Virus record (IMG/VR): IMGVR_UViG_2937414065_000001
DNA from: a virus
Taxonomy: Duplodnaviria; Heunggongvirae; Uroviricota; Caudoviricetes
Reading direction: 5' to 3' (one strand)
DNA: 15,649 nucleotides
A program made the translations under genes and the position numbers. Shown one piece after another: positions 14,704 to 15,649 of this stretch. The notes under the pieces are model-generated. The model searched no databases. It worked only from the letters and a program-made list of their open reading frames with translations, and was not told the origin of the DNA. Positions within the stretch are counted from its first letter, which is position 1. Every line of letters starts with the position of its first letter.

Positions 14704-14743
14704 AGGAGCGCAAGGATGCGCTCTGAGTGTTTTAGAGGGATCT

Positions 14744-15385
14744 ATGACTGTAGAAAAAGACGAGAGCAAAACTCGCCTGACACCAGCTGAGTGGGCAGAA
14801 GCCGAAGCAAAGTGGACTTCCGGCGAATACACACTCTCCAAGCTGGAGGAAGAGTACGGCATTCGTCGTGAAACGCTCTCCAGACATTTCAAAAAGCGTG
14901 GATTAGAGAAAGGCGCGGACTCCGTTGGGAAGATGGTGCGCGAGTCGCTCAAATCCGACGCAGAGCTGCGTGCGAAGGCGCGTGCAGAGAAAATCGAAGA
15001 GCGCCGGACTCGTTACGACGATTGGGCATTCGCACTCGGGCGCATGGTCATGCACGAAGTTGCCACTGCCAAAAAGGATGGCAGACCTCTCGCAGCCATA
15101 GAAGATGACCTTAAAAGTCTCCAGCGAGCCAGCGGCACACTGGCCAAGTGCTTCGAAATCTCTTCGAAAGCGCTCGGTATGGATCGCGCTGAGAACGAAG
15201 AAGACGAAATCCCGAACCTGGTATTTGGCGAACTTACGCCTTCCCAGGTGGCGCAGCTGCGTAAGGAAGATGATGAGCCGGATCTGATTGATGACGATCT
15301 GCTTGAGTCACTCGAAGAGGAAGCACTGAGCGAAGCAGAGGGCGATTCTGACGCGTCTGGTGATGAAAGTGATGGGAGCGTCTAA
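14744..15385 (+). CDS. terS: Probable terminase small subunit
   Basis: N-terminal HTH (YTLSKLEEEYGIRRETLSRHFKKRG), helical middle and very acidic tail; ends 2 nt before terL; GAGGGA RBS. Confidence 0.7.
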   Translation: MTVEKDESKTRLTPAEWAEAEAKWTSGEYTLSKLEEEYGIRRETLSRHFKKRGLEKGADSVGKMVRESLKSDAELRAKARAEKIEERRTRYDDWAFALGRMVMHEVATAKKDGRPLAAIEDDLKSLQRASGTLAKCFEISSKALGMDRAENEEDEIPNLVFGELTPSQVAQLRKEDDEPDLIDDDLLESLEEEALSEAEGDSDASGDESDGSV

Positions 15386-15387
15386 CT

Positions 15388-15649
15388 ATGGCCATCCCGT
15401 CGTCTCTGAGTCTCGTACAGCTGCATTCTGGGCAGATGCAAGTCTTTCAGTCGCCACATCGTTTCAAAGTGGTGTGTGCGGGTCGACGCTGGGGTAAATC
15501 CCGGTTGTCGATCTCCACCATCATCCGCGCGGCAGCCAAAGAGAAGAAGCAACGTGTCTGGTACGTCGCACCGACGTACCAGATGGCTCGCCAGATCTTG
15601 TGGGATGACCTGCAGGAAGTTCTGCCGCGTAAATGGGTTCGTAAGAAAA
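15388..15649 (+). CDS. terL: Terminase large subunit, N-terminal part (truncated by the window end; not in the ORF track)
   Basis: Translated by hand: MAIPSSLSLVQLHSGQMQVFQSPHRFKVVCAGRRWGKSRL...VWYVAPTYQMARQILW. This shows a Q motif, Walker A AGRRWGKS and the APT motif; GGGAG RBS. Confidence 0.92.
   Translation, partial: MAIPSSLSLVQLHSGQMQVFQSPHRFKVVCAGRRWGKSRLSISTIIRAAAKEKKQRVWYVAPTYQMARQILWDDLQEVLPRKWVRKK

Larger units (their letters stand above)
1..15649. mobile_element. Segment of a temperate phage / phage-plasmid (SSU5/pHCM2-like by gene order)
   Basis: terS-terL, SF2 helicase, ParB-N pair and small-gene arrays, with no chromosomal housekeeping genes. The family assignment is from memory and unverified. 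Confidence 0.7.

Overview
The window looks like part of a large temperate phage-plasmid of Enterobacterales. Gene order and content resemble the SSU5/pHCM2-like family as I recall it; no database search was done. From left to right: (1) an AT-rich GmrSD-type (DUF262+DUF1524) nuclease gene on the minus strand; (2) about 1.8 kb of largely non-coding, strand-skewed, repeat-rich DNA; (3) an array of six small plus-strand hypothetical genes, most preceded by the same ~27-bp promoter/operator module and followed by terminator hairpins; (4) a second repeat-rich non-coding block and two AT-rich minus-strand genes bounded by identical hairpins; (5) a minus-strand run of SF2 helicase, RHH-like regulator, lipoprotein and a protein with two Sm/Hfq-like repeats; (6) a divergent, tightly coupled plus-strand run of ParB-N, ParB-N, soluble ABC ATPase, small protein, Mom-like GNAT and winged-helix protein, then a 17-bp inverted repeat, the terminase small subunit and the truncated terminase large subunit. 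The strongest candidate for an under-described system is the ParB-N/ParB-N/ABC/GNAT module next to terminase, which may modify phage DNA in connection with packaging. The tandem Sm-like protein and the repeated cassette-like early-gene architecture come next.
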